Position numbers and translations under genes: made by a program | DNA from: Candidatus Falkowbacteria bacterium | Lineage (GTDB): Bacteria > Patescibacteriota > Patescibacteriia > Patescibacteriales > UBA12075 | Direction: 5' to 3' | NCBI GenBank assembly: GCA_003514005.1 | Contig: DOSJ01000004.1 | Span: 165,533-229,532 of the forward strand | DNA length: 64,000 bases | The notes under the pieces: model-generated | What the model saw: the letters and a program-made list of their open reading frames with translations, nothing else | The model's database searches: none | Told to the model about the DNA's origin: nothing | Part shown: piece after piece, positions 25,961 through 38,500 of the stretch | Layout: each line of letters starts with the position of its first letter | Numbering within the stretch: position 1 is the first letter of the stretch

Positions 25961-26488
25961 ATGAAAATCGAAACAATTAAAACCAAAAGATTGGTTCTGC
26001 GTCCTTATCGTATGTCTGACGCGGAAATAGCAACAAAAAATCTTTGTAATAAAAAAATTTCTCGTTGGCTTTCTTCTTTGCCAAGTCCTTATCGCATAGA
26101 AGATGCGAATAATTGGATTGGAAAAATGATTGAAGAGCGTAAAAAGAAAGAGCCGCAAACAATCGCTTATGTAATAGAATATGAGAAAAAAATGATTGGC
26201 GCAATCGGTTTGCATGGAATTGTGTTTGGTCACAAGGCTGAACTGGGTTATTGGTTGTCTGAAGAATTTTGGGGAAAGGGTGTAATGTCAGAAGCAGTAA
26301 CGGCACTAGTAAGTTATGCATTTCGTCGTTTGCGATTACGTCGCATACAGGCGGGGACTTTTGTTGGTAATTCGGGCAGTGAAGGTGTATTAAAAAAATG
26401 TGGGTTTCAACACGAGGGATTGATTCGTAATGATGTGAAGAAAAATAATCGTTTTGTGGATTGTAATATTTTTTCTAGAATAAAATAA
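25961..26488 (+). CDS. GNAT family N-acetyltransferase (RimJ/RimL-like)
   Basis: LVLRPYRMSD..., the IGAIGLH... core and a WGKGVMSEAV acetyl-CoA loop. Confidence 0.8.
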   Translation: MKIETIKTKRLVLRPYRMSDAEIATKNLCNKKISRWLSSLPSPYRIEDANNWIGKMIEERKKKEPQTIAYVIEYEKKMIGAIGLHGIVFGHKAELGYWLSEEFWGKGVMSEAVTALVSYAFRRLRLRRIQAGTFVGNSGSEGVLKKCGFQHEGLIRNDVKKNNRFVDCNIFSRIK

Positions 26489-26498
26489 GAAATATTTT

Positions 26499-27279
26499 GT
26501 GCCAAAAATAATCGCGATCGGCGGCGGTGAGATTGGGCGGGCGGGGTATCCGATTGAAACTACCGCGATTGACAAAGAAATAATCAGATTGAGTGGGAAG
26601 AAAAATCCGCTTGAGTGGGAAGAAAAATCCGCGCTTGCTTTTTTTGCTGACAGCGAGCTCTGATTCCAAGGGTTATTTTGCGGATGTGTCCAGGCATTTT
26701 GGCGATAGGCTGGGATGCGAGGTGTCTGCTCTTTATCTTTTAAAAAATAAATATTCGCAAAAGCAGATAGAGAAAATAATTTTAAGTGCTGATATAATTT
26801 ATGTGGGTGGGGGAAATACTTTGAAAATGATGACAGCTTGGCGCAAGTATGGTGTTGATAAAATTCTTCACAAAGCCTGGAAAAAAGGAGTAATAATATC
26901 AGGTGTAAGTGCTGGTTCTATTTGCTGGTTTAAATATGGCAATTCTGATTCGCGTAAGTTTAAAAATAAGGACGCGGGTATGATAAAAGTGAGCGGACTT
27001 GGCTTTATAAATGCTTTGCACTGTCCACATTATAATATTGAGCCGGGACGAAAAGAAAGCTTGAAAAAAATAATGAAAAAAACACAAGGTATCGCGATTG
27101 CTTTGGATAATTGCTGTGCTTTGGAGATTGTCGATGACAAATATCGAATTATTACATCACGAAAAAATGCTAAGGCGTATAAAGTTTATTGGAGGGGTGA
27201 TTGTTTTTATGAGTTGCCTATTAAAGAAATAAATGAATTTCAAGATATTAGTGAATTGCTAAGAAAAAATATAAAGTAA
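26499..27279 (+). pseudogene. peptidase S51 (dipeptidase E family) disrupted by a 22-bp tandem duplication
   Basis: GTG 26499 gives VPKIIAIGGGEIGRAG...IIRLSGKKNP, then the frame breaks. Removing one copy of TTGAGTGGGAAGAAAAATCCGC fuses it to ...RLLFLLTASSDS...GGGNT...GVSAGS. Confidence 0.8.
26589..26632. repeat. perfect 22-bp tandem duplication (2 copies)
   Basis: TTGAGTGGGAAGAAAAATCCGC at 26589-26610 and again at 26611-26632. Confidence 0.95.
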
Positions 27280-27319
27280 AAAATCTAAGCACATTAACTA
27301 ACTTATAATTATAAAATCT

Positions 27320-27721
27320 ATGTTTTTAATTGAATGGAAAAGTGATTACAGTGTTGGTGTCCAGGAATTGGATGACCAGCATAAAAAAATGTTTGTTTTG
27401 ATTAATCAGTTTTATGAATTGATGAAAGAAACAAAGGATATTAAGAATATTGAAAAAATGTTGGGCGAGTTGTCGGACTATGGAAAATATCATTTGGAAA
27501 CCGAAGAAAAATTGTTTGCGGAATACGGTTATCCTGAAAAAGAAGATCATCAAAAAATTCATGATGCTTATCGGGCGAAGATCGGGGAATTTTTGCAGAA
27601 AAAAGATGATGCCTTGTTATCATTTGAAATTATTGATTTTTTGGAAGATTGGTGGCTTGGGCATATTGCATCGACTGATAAAAAATACCAAAAGTTTTTT
27701 AATGAAAAAGGATTGGAATAA
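27320..27721 (+). CDS. bacteriohemerythrin-like protein
   Basis: IEWKSDYSVGVQELDDQHKK..., with H/E/D iron-ligand spacing along four helices. 133 aa. Confidence 0.8.
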   Translation: MFLIEWKSDYSVGVQELDDQHKKMFVLINQFYELMKETKDIKNIEKMLGELSDYGKYHLETEEKLFAEYGYPEKEDHQKIHDAYRAKIGEFLQKKDDALLSFEIIDFLEDWWLGHIASTDKKYQKFFNEKGLE

Positions 27722-27733
27722 GTTGGATTTTAA

Positions 27734-29875
<2,142 letters not shown>

Positions 29876-29889
29876 TTTTTATTCACGGC

Positions 29890-30010
29890 GTAAATCTTTA
29901 GTGGTTCTTATTTTTCCTCCTGCGGAACTCGCGTCCACCGTGTGGTAGTCCAGTCATTGTTTAGGCTCGGACAGTCCTCGGAGTAAAAATAAGAATCACT
30001 AAAGATTTAC
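29890..30010. repeat. 31-bp-stem hairpin with a 59-nt GC-rich core between ligA and gatC
   Basis: GTAAATCTTTAGTGGTTCTTATTTTTCCTCC (29890-29920) pairs 29/31 with GGAGTAAAAATAAGAATCACTAAAGATTTAC (29980-30010). Confidence 0.7.
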
Positions 30011-30045
30011 TTGATAAAAAAGTAGTAATAAATCTAATTAGTAAC

Positions 30046-30336
30046 ATGGAACTATCAAAAGAACAAATACAACATATTGCTACTCTGGCACGACTGGAAT
30101 TGACCGATGAAGAGCTGGAAAAATATGGCGGACAATTGTCTGCTGTTTTGGGGTATATTGAGCAGCTGCAGGAAGTAGATACTGACGGAATCGAACCGAC
30201 GGCGCAGGTGACTGGTTTGGAAAATTCTTGGCGCGAGGATGTTGTGCGGGTTTGGGATGACGGAGAAAGATTGTCGGCGATTAATCTGGCGCCAGAGGTG
30301 GATGATGGACAGGTGAAGGTTAGGAGAGTTTTGTGA
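30046..30336 (+). CDS. gatC: Asp/Glu-tRNA amidotransferase subunit C
   Basis: IQHIATLARLELTDEELEKYGGQLSAVLGYIEQLQEVDT. Confidence 0.9.
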   Translation: MELSKEQIQHIATLARLELTDEELEKYGGQLSAVLGYIEQLQEVDTDGIEPTAQVTGLENSWREDVVRVWDDGERLSAINLAPEVDDGQVKVRRVL

Positions 30337-30381
30337 TTTTCGATTTTCGAATGTCGATTGTCGAATTAGTAATTATCTTTT

Positions 30382-30495
30382 TTGTCATTTCGTAGCGAAG
30401 CGGAGAAATCTCTTAACCGTGAATATGCCATAGATAAGGGATTTCTACATTCACAGAGTTTATCCCGTTTTACGGGGCTCATTGCGAAATGACAA
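30382..30495. repeat. MITE-like element, family 1 subtype B (TTGTCATTTCG...CGAAATGACAA)
   Basis: Shares the TTTTTTGTCAT / ATGACAAAA termini and the arm-hairpin layout (ATTTC..GAAAT) with subtype A. The internal sequence differs. Confidence 0.6.
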
Positions 30496-30542
30496 AAAAT
30501 TGTTTATTTTTCCTATTAATCACGGGAAAAATCAAATAAAAT

Positions 30543-32012
30543 ATGGATTTAAATAAATTTACAATAAAACAAGCACAAGAAAAACTTGAGGCGGGTGAGA
30601 TTACTTCTGTTGATTTGACTCGGGCTTGTTTGGAGCGGATTGGGGCTATTGATGATAGAATCAAGGCTTGTTTGACTGTGTGTGAGAATGAGGCAATATG
30701 TGCGGCGAAGGAGGCAGATTTGCGGCGGAAGAATGGTGAGATTGGGGCGCTTTTGGGTATTCCGTATTTGGCAAAAGATAATATTATGACGCGGGGAGTG
30801 CGGACTACGGCTTCTTCAAAAATTTTGGAAAATTATATTGCGCCTTATGATGCGACAATTATCAAGAAATTAAAATCAGCGGGTGCGGTTTTGCTAGGCA
30901 AGACCAATCTGGATGAATTTGCGCATGGCGCTTCGACAGAGAATAGTGCGTTTGGTCCGTCACACAATCCTTGGGATTTGTCGCGCGTACCGGGCGGTTC
31001 TTCGGGTGGTTCGGCTGCGGCAGTGGCTGCTGACATGTGTTTGTTTGCGCTTGGTACGGATACGGGCGGTTCGATTCGTTGTCCTGCCAGTTTTTGCGGA
31101 ATTAGCGGATGCAAACCAACCTATGGTTTGGCATCGCGGTTTGGTTTAATCGCTATGACATCGTCAACCGATGTTCCTGGGCCATTGACCAAAACCGTGG
31201 AGGATGCGGAAATTGTTTTGCGGGTGATTGCAGGAGTGGATGGGAACGATGCGACGACGGTGGATGCACACAGGGATAGATCGCGACCTGTCCATGCCGC
31301 GGATGTCCAAACGACGATGACAGGTAAAAAAATTGGTATCCCCAAAGAATATTTTGGTGAAGGTTTGGAGGCAGGCGTTAAAAAATTGGTGATGGAAGCC
31401 GTGGAATATTATAAAAAACAAGGCGCGGAAATAATTGATGTTAGTTTACCACACAGTAAATATGGTGTTGGTGTCTATTATATTATTACCCCTTCGGAGC
31501 TAAGCTCCAATCTAGCGCGTCATGATGGAATCCGTTATGGTTTTAGCGACAACAGTGGCAATGATTTACTTAGTATATATAAGAATAGCCGCGGTAAAGG
31601 TTTTGGTCCGGAAGCAAAAAGAAGAATTATGCTTGGCACCTATGCTTTGTCTGCCGGATATTTTGACGCATATTATTTAAAGGCGCAAAGAGTGCGTACG
31701 ATTATCAAAAATGAGCTTGATCAGGTTTTGGAAAAAGTTGATTGCATAATTACACCGACCAGTCCGCATGTTGCCTTTAAAATCGGCGAACAGTCAAATG
31801 ACCCTTTGAAAATGTATTTGGAAGATGTTTATGTCACCGGTGCGTCTTTGGCCGGTCTACCTGCTATGTCTATTCCGGTTGGATTTGACAATGGCCTACC
31901 GGTTGGAATGCAATTGATTGGCAAGCGTTTTGCCGAGGATACGCTTTTTGCGATGGGTCGGGCATATCAAGACGGAACGGATTTTCATAAGCGGAGAGCG
32001 GAGATTTTATAA
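30543..32012 (+). CDS. gatA: Glu-tRNA(Gln) amidotransferase subunit A
   Basis: Amidase signature GGSSGGSAAAVAA and GTDTGGSIR. Confidence 0.95.
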   Translation: MDLNKFTIKQAQEKLEAGEITSVDLTRACLERIGAIDDRIKACLTVCENEAICAAKEADLRRKNGEIGALLGIPYLAKDNIMTRGVRTTASSKILENYIAPYDATIIKKLKSAGAVLLGKTNLDEFAHGASTENSAFGPSHNPWDLSRVPGGSSGGSAAAVAADMCLFALGTDTGGSIRCPASFCGISGCKPTYGLASRFGLIAMTSSTDVPGPLTKTVEDAEIVLRVIAGVDGNDATTVDAHRDRSRPVHAADVQTTMTGKKIGIPKEYFGEGLEAGVKKLVMEAVEYYKKQGAEIIDVSLPHSKYGVGVYYIITPSELSSNLARHDGIRYGFSDNSGNDLLSIYKNSRGKGFGPEAKRRIMLGTYALSAGYFDAYYLKAQRVRTIIKNELDQVLEKVDCIITPTSPHVAFKIGEQSNDPLKMYLEDVYVTGASLAGLPAMSIPVGFDNGLPVGMQLIGKRFAEDTLFAMGRAYQDGTDFHKRRAEIL

Positions 32013-32101
32013 ATTTTTAAATTACAATTACTAATGTCTAAATTTTTATTTGTTTTTATATTTAGAAATTAGACATTATAATTTAGAAATTATTTTTTAG
32101 T

Positions 32102-32860
32102 ATGCAAAATTTTAGCAAATTATCAAAAATTTTAATTTTTGTTTCTATCGTTTTTATTTGTGCAATCGCATCATATTTTGTATTCATTGGACAAAAAAAA
32201 GCAACGCTAAATTCGAATGAGAAAAATATTATTAAAAAAGACGCGGCAGAAGAATTGTTAGACAGCAATGCCGAGGCTTTGAAAAAAGCCGAGAATACAA
32301 ATGATGGATTAGTGCGAAAGATTGATGATACGGACCATATACTGGGAGATATCAACGCGCCGGTGCAGATAATTATTTATGACGATTTTGACAATGAATT
32401 CAGCGCTGATTATTATAAAACTATCAAACAGACGATTGAGGCATATGGTGAAAAGATTGTTGTAGCTTATCGGCATTTTCCAATGCGTTCTCATGCGAAT
32501 GCCAATGTCGCCACGCAAGCCTCGGAATGCGCGGGAGAGCAGGGTAAGTTTTGGGAAATGGTTGAGCTTCTTTTTACGGCAAGATCAGCAGACAAGCTGA
32601 ATGAAGACACGATCAATTCCAATGTCGTAGAATTACAGCTGGATAAGGCAAAGTTTGACGCTTGTTTGACGGATCAGAAAATATCAGATAAGATTCAAGC
32701 GTCCCTTACGCAGGCTGACAATATCAACGTTACCGGCGCACCGACAACCTTTATCAATTCCGTTCCCTACCCCGGCGCCATGCCGTTTGAAGATTTTACA
32801 GACAGCTCGGGGATTGAGAGGAGGGGGTTGGCTAGTATAATTAAAGAGTTGATAAAATAA
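32102..32860 (+). CDS. DsbA-like thioredoxin-fold protein lacking the CxxC active site
   Basis: The family pattern is GD.NAPV.I..Y.DF[CPFC]... ECAGEQGKFWEM ... GAPTTFIN. The CxxC position reads NEFS (DDFDNEFSADY). N-terminal TM anchor. Confidence 0.7.
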   Translation: MQNFSKLSKILIFVSIVFICAIASYFVFIGQKKATLNSNEKNIIKKDAAEELLDSNAEALKKAENTNDGLVRKIDDTDHILGDINAPVQIIIYDDFDNEFSADYYKTIKQTIEAYGEKIVVAYRHFPMRSHANANVATQASECAGEQGKFWEMVELLFTARSADKLNEDTINSNVVELQLDKAKFDACLTDQKISDKIQASLTQADNINVTGAPTTFINSVPYPGAMPFEDFTDSSGIERRGLASIIKELIK

Positions 32861-32884
32861 GCTAAAATGAATTAGTAATATATT

Positions 32885-32973
32885 GAAGTAAAAAGTAGGA
32901 AGTAAGAAGTTAGAAGTAAGAAATAATAATTAATCACATTTTTTCTTACTTCTAACTTCTTACTTCTAACTTT
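32885..32973. repeat. intergenic word hairpin (AGAAGT words) abutting tRNA-Ser
   Basis: GAAGTAAAAAGTAGGAAGTAAGAAGTTAGAAGTAAGAAA faces TTTCTTACTTCTAACTTCTTACTTCTAACTTTT. Confidence 0.75.
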
Positions 32974-32976
32974 TTA

Positions 32977-33063
32977 GGAGAGTTCACCTAGAGGCCTATG
33001 GTACTCGCTTGGAAAGCGAGCGGGTGAAAGCCCACGAGAGTTCGAATCTCTCACTCTCCGCCA
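32977..33063 (+). tRNA. tRNA-Ser (anticodon GGA) with encoded CCA
   Basis: Acceptor GGAGAGT/ACTCTCC, anticodon arm CTCGC-TTGGAAA-GCGAG, long variable arm CGGGTGAAAGCCCAC, T arm GAGAG-TTCGAAT-CTCTC, then G-CCA. Confidence 0.9.
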
Positions 33064-33339
33064 GATTTCCAACTTTGAACCAAAGTGTTTGCAATGCTTT
33101 TGATTCTTTATCGGAACTTTGCGAAGATCCGATCTTGAAAATTTGCATGTTTATAAGAACAGCAAAGACTGGCGTCCATATCGACGTCAGTTTTTGGTTA
33201 CTGGCGACAAAACCTTCAAACCAAGATTTATTATTAGTGAAATCCAAAAATGTGCATTGACTAAATTTTTGCTAAGCTAGAGAAGGTCTGGACATAAAAT
33301 AATTAAGCTATAATGATGAAAAATAAAATGCCCATTAAT

Positions 33340-34572
33340 TCAGCTGTTCTCAGTATTTTTCATCTTCAACAAAAACGTTAATCCTGCAAGGATAATTATA
33401 ACCATCATCGCCAAAGCAAGCTGATAACGCATTGAGTCCAAGTTAAAAAGTCCAGAAGAAATAGCCCCCCAAATAAGAGATCCTATTATAACTGACGCGC
33501 GTTCAATGATATTGAAATACGAAAAACCCAAATTCTGATTTTTATCCGTAACCAGATTAGCCATTACTGCGCGCGAAACAGTCAAAGCGCCACCAATAAG
33601 CAAACCACCGACAATCACTAAGAATACGAAATAATAAAGACTAAACATTATTGCCATTACCGGTAATAATATAATCCAACTTATCAGTATTGAAATAAGA
33701 GTTATTCTCCCGCCGAATCGGTCGGCTAACCGACCAAAGATAAAACTGCCCATGACCGAAGTTATGATAACCATCATGACTGCATACGTTTTTATATTGT
33801 CCCCGATACTCCAAACCTTTTCTAAAATAATTGGTGAGTTGTTTATCACCGTGAGAATGGCTCCGTTGAATAAAATGAAAGAAATCATGAACATTAAAAT
33901 GTTGTGATCCTGGAAAATGCTTGTTGCCTTGCGTATATGGAACTTTTTCGGGCATAAATCCAATGCCTTATGTTGCGGTTCTTGAAAAAATATTAACATT
34001 GGCATGGAAAATATAAAGAAAGCGACAATTGCCGGAATAATTGTTTCAACCCGGCTCAATCCGCCAAATAAATTTATTTTCCCGATTGCGAACGGCATGG
34101 CTAATAACAATCCTGCAATATTTCCTATAAAATTTCCGACAAAGCCGATACCTGAAATTCTACCACGATTTTCTGATGAAGAAAAAGTATTAATTAACGG
34201 CGTATAAAAAGAAAAAGATAGCGCGAAAAAATATTGGCCGATGGTGAAAAATATGAGAGCTAAAATAACAGAATTATTCTGGGCAAAGTAAGCGGTGAAG
34301 ATATAGAAAAAAATGATAGCCAAGGTGGTTGTCCGCAGGCCGGAAATGTTTTTCCATCTTTCGTCCAGCTTTATGCCGACAAACGGAGCAGTTAGGAACA
34401 GTAAAATGGATGAAGCAACAAAACATAGATTAAACCAGATATCCGAAATATTTTTGTCAACCACTACCCACTGACTGAAATATAAAAAAAAAGTAATATA
34501 AATAAATGAGTTGGCAAAATCATACAAAGCCCATAGAAAAATATTTTTGCGCATAGTTTTTTGATTTAGCAA
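33340..34572 (-). CDS. MFS transporter (UMF1/Atg22-like)
   Basis: 410 aa with ~12 hydrophobic helices and a FGRLADRFGGR loop motif. Confidence 0.75.
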   Translation of the reverse strand: MLNQKTMRKNIFLWALYDFANSFIYITFFLYFSQWVVVDKNISDIWFNLCFVASSILLFLTAPFVGIKLDERWKNISGLRTTTLAIIFFYIFTAYFAQNNSVILALIFFTIGQYFFALSFSFYTPLINTFSSSENRGRISGIGFVGNFIGNIAGLLLAMPFAIGKINLFGGLSRVETIIPAIVAFFIFSMPMLIFFQEPQHKALDLCPKKFHIRKATSIFQDHNILMFMISFILFNGAILTVINNSPIILEKVWSIGDNIKTYAVMMVIITSVMGSFIFGRLADRFGGRITLISILISWIILLPVMAIMFSLYYFVFLVIVGGLLIGGALTVSRAVMANLVTDKNQNLGFSYFNIIERASVIIGSLIWGAISSGLFNLDSMRYQLALAMMVIIILAGLTFLLKMKNTENS

Positions 34573-34641
34573 TGTATTGAAATTTATGTTATAATAATAC
34601 CATAATTTTCGATTTAAAAAAATCGGGTAATTTATGAAAAT

Positions 34642-35460
34642 ATGGATTCGTATCTACTAGATGAGTATCGTTGCGACGGTTGTGGTAAATTGATCATCAA
34701 AGGCATTCTGCTTAAAAGTTATGAGGAATTCAAATGTGGCCGTTGCGGTAAGATGGTTCATTTTAACGGCATGGCCAATGAAGATAAGTCTGATCGATAT
34801 CTTTTACTCACAGATGGCTCCGGGGTAATTATTAACGCCAGCCCATCGATCAAAAACATCCTTGGTTTTTCTCTAAATGAAGTTGTCGGAAAAAATATTA
34901 GTGCGTTATATCCAACTGAAAAAGAAGCAAGCGCAGATAAAATATTGTCATCAAAAATAGAACATTTTAAATATTTTCGGTTAGACACTATTCATAAAGC
35001 CAAGGACAATGCTTACATTCCCGTTATCATTTATTTCAAGTTTTTTCAAAAAAATGGCGAGGGTTATATTTTAAGATTTGCAGATAAAATCGTTATGTCT
35101 GATGAGTCTCTTGAGGCGTATAATGAATTTGACTACCAAAATCATTGTGATCTTATTATAGAGCAAGATTTACATGGTAATGTTCTGTACGCAGATGGCG
35201 GAGTAGAAAAATTTTATGGCTACAGACCTGAAGAAATTGTAGGCAGGAATGTTTTGGAATTTTGTACGAAAGAGGAAGTTGGCTGGCGAGGCAACAATTT
35301 AAAAGCCTTATTTCATAAGCGACAATCGTATAGAATTCCGTATTTTAGGGCAAAGCACAAAAATGGTAATTTTTTGGACTGTGAATGTACTGCCTCTCCT
35401 TTTTATGACGATTTGGGAGAACTAGTGGGGTATAAGCAAATATGCTGGATGAAACATTAA
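34642..35460 (+). CDS. Com-like zinc-ribbon plus tandem PAS domain protein with no output domain
   Basis: CDGCGK...KCGRCGK ribbon at the N-terminus, and two PAS-like blocks (GFSLNEVVGKNISALYP ; YGYRPEEIVGRNVLEF). Confidence 0.65.
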   Translation: MDSYLLDEYRCDGCGKLIIKGILLKSYEEFKCGRCGKMVHFNGMANEDKSDRYLLLTDGSGVIINASPSIKNILGFSLNEVVGKNISALYPTEKEASADKILSSKIEHFKYFRLDTIHKAKDNAYIPVIIYFKFFQKNGEGYILRFADKIVMSDESLEAYNEFDYQNHCDLIIEQDLHGNVLYADGGVEKFYGYRPEEIVGRNVLEFCTKEEVGWRGNNLKALFHKRQSYRIPYFRAKHKNGNFLDCECTASPFYDDLGELVGYKQICWMKH

Positions 35461-35485
35461 AAGTTATTCACACCTTTCTCTTCCA

Positions 35486-35514
35486 TTGACATAAAAAATC
35501 TGGTATTATATAAA
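35486..35514 (+). promoter_or_regulatory. sigma70-like promoter (TTGACA-17 nt-TATAAA) for the fibre operon
   Basis: Hexamers at 35486-35491 and 35509-35514. Confidence 0.5.
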
Positions 35515-35597
35515 TATATAAATTAAATAAACAAAATAGCGGCTCAAGCAGCCCATAGCCTTTTTAGGTTTTGGGCTGTTTTTTTAGAGAAAAAAAT

Positions 35598-38500
35598 ATG
35601 ATTACCATTACTCTAAGGACAAAACAAATATTAATTTTGATTGTAGTTTTGGCGCTTGTTTTGTCTGCGTTTCCGGCACGCATAACTTATGCTGCTGGAG
35701 TTATGTATTTGCCTGGTGAAACTATATCGCCAGCTTGCGGGCCGACAGAAAGCGGTTGCGGTGTGCGTGCATCTGTTTACACTGCCGATACTATGACTGA
35801 CGGTGCGCTTCTCTTTGCTACATCATCGACATGGTCGTTGCTGTCCGCTGGTGCGGATGGCCAAGTTTTAAAGTTATCCGGTGGGTTGCCTTCATGGGGC
35901 AACGATGATGGCGGCACGAGCTATACAGCCGGTTCAGGACTTTCTCTCGGTGGTTCAATTTTTTCTTTGGATCGGACGGCAACCGGTACTTGGAGCGGAC
36001 TTCAAACTTTTGGTGGCGGAATTTCTTTGGGGGGCAATACATACACTAATCTTGCTGGTACTGGTCTTAGTTTTTCCGGCGGTGCTTTATCAACAGCCCT
36101 TGGAATCACGATTGAATCATCAGAAATTACCGATGAGACTATCGTGTCTGGAGATATCGCTGACGGCACAATAACTTTTGGAAAAATCGCTTCCAATAGT
36201 TGCGGCGCCAATGAAATCATGAAATGGAACGGCTCGGCTTGGGCTTGTTCCACAGATAATAATAATACTTACACCGCTAACACTGGCTTGACTCTTTCTT
36301 CCGGCGCTTTTTCTTTGGATATAAATGGATTATCGGCAATAAGTTCAGTTGATGCTACTGACACTCTCGCCGTCTATACTGCAAGCGGTCTGAAAAAAAT
36401 CACTCGCAGTGATATGTTTAGTGATGTTTTGGGAGCGATGAATTATCGCGGGACTTGGAATGCAACCACGAATTATCCTGATTTATCATCGTATTGTGTT
36501 TCAGGCACCAAGGGGCATTATTATGTTGTTGGAACAAGCGGAACAACAAACTTAAGCGGTATTGCAAGTTGGTCAGTTAATGACTGGGCGGTATGTAATG
36601 GTACAGCTTGGGAAAAAGTGCAGACAACCAACGCTGTCACAAGTGTTTTTGGACGTACGGGTGCGGTTATCGCCTCGGGCGGGGATTATAATGCTTCGCA
36701 AATTACAAATTCTGCAAGCGGAAATATCGCGGCAATAACAGTTCAAAATGCGCTCAATGAATTAGATAATGAAAAATTATCTACTACTCTAAACAGTGGT
36801 TTAATATTTATTGGAAATAGTTCTAATCAAGCTACTGGGATTGCTCTTTCAGGAGATGCAACTATAAATAATGCAGGTGTTATAACCATTGGCGCTGATA
36901 AAGTAACTTTGGGAACTGATACCATGGGCAATTATGTAGCAACTCTGGCTGATAGTGGAGCGGGACTTTTTACAATAGCTAATTCTGGAATGGAAAATGC
37001 AGGAGTAACGCTCTCTTTAGTAGATGATATTTTAAATTTTACAAAATTTGCGGATGCCCTGACATTAGATAATAGCACCAGCATCACTCTTGGCGGAAAT
37101 GATTTAACGACTGCTATTACGAGTACGGGTTTACCAAAATTTATCAGAACAGCTGCTGGGCAATGGATGAATTTTGCTGATGGTACGGATAGTTTTGGAA
37201 TTTATAATATTTCAGGTACTCCCGAAGCATTAATTGCAGCCGACAAAGGTTCTTTGGCAGTAGATACAAACAGCGGCGCTCTTTACATTAAAACTACAGA
37301 TTCTCTCAATACTGGTTGGTCGGCTTTTGGTTTGGCAAGTTCCGGTATTACTTCTCTCAATGGCCTAACTGGATCAACCCAAACTTTTGCTACGAGCACG
37401 AGCGGAACAGATTTTGCTATAACATCTGATGGGACTACTCACACCTTTAGTATTCCTGACGCATCTGCCACCGCTAGAGGACTTATTACTACAGGAACCC
37501 AAGCTATTGTCGGAGCTAAAACTTTAACTTCAAATTTAACGCTATCAGGGTCTGCGGCGAACATAGTTCTTGGTTCTAATTATCTCTCTGGCGATGGCGA
37601 TGATGAAGGTATTTATATTAATTCTTCAGGCAACATCGGCATCGGAACCACTATAACTACAAGCAAACTTACGATTAAAACTACAACCACGGGAGATGGC
37701 ATCCAACTTTATGGTGACGGTAACACCTCGCCATTTTTTAAGATTGGATCAAATTCAAACTACTCGGCAAATGCACGTAACTATGGTTTTGCGGTAGACC
37801 GTGGTCTTTGGGGGGACTTTAGTATATTCCAATCAAGCGTCGCGCAGGGTGATCCATATACCACTGGTACTGCGGTGCTCACTATTAATAAAGATGGTCA
37901 CTTCAGCGTCGGCGCCAGTACTATCGCGGGCACCCTCGGTTTGACAGGAGATTTGGCAGTGAATACGGATAAATTTAATATCAATGCCACTTCTGGAAAC
38001 ACCACAGTAGGAGGTACATTGACCGCTCAGGGCGCGGTGGCCTACAAAAAAGGCTCTGATTTTTCCACGACCGAAACATCAATAAATGTAGATTTTGGAA
38101 ACACTTCCCTTGTTCGTCTCACCGGCGCGAGCGCTCAGACAATCGATACGATTGCAGGTGGTACCGATGGAAAGGTTTTGACTATTGTTAATGCCGGAGC
38201 CAACTCCGCAACAATTAAAGATAGCTCGACAGCTTCTGGTACGGTGGCCAACAAAATCTATACCGGAACGGGTGCTGATATGACTTTGGCGGCAGATGCA
38301 TCACTCCTTCTCATTTATGATTCTGGCGCATCGCGTTGGAGAGTAGTTGGAGGGTCAGGAAGTGGAGGTTTGGGGGGAAGCTCCATTCAAACAATTTCTT
38401 CTACCGGGAATATTTCTGGTTGGGGTTATACAGTTAAAGCTGATGGAACCTCGGCATCATTCACGACAACTCTCCCAACCGCTTCGGGAAATTCTGGAAA

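Noticed and set aside
29921-29979. A T-box or SRP Alu-like element, suggested by CCACCGTGTGGTAGTCC.
   Set aside because: The T-box 14-mer (AGGGTGGNACCGCG) is not matched on either strand. There is no specifier-loop context and no SRP S-domain.
30046-32012. gatC-gatA without an adjacent gatB, as a possible anomaly.
   Set aside because: gatB is often unlinked. Its absence from a 64-kb window says nothing about the genome. The YqeY-domain gene at 20730 is a common stand-alone protein.
33064-33339. Integration scar or degraded integrase next to tRNA-Ser. The spacer is less AT-rich and lacks word hairpins.
   Set aside because: There is no direct repeat of the tRNA 3-prime end, no recombinase motif in any frame, and the only ORFs overlap the tRNA.
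35548-35597. Hairpin CAGCCC...GGGCTG plus T7 in the 5-prime leader of the giant gene, as a regulated attenuator.
   Set aside because: The stem is only 6 bp with a 19-nt loop and I found no convincing alternative structure. It is too weak to call.
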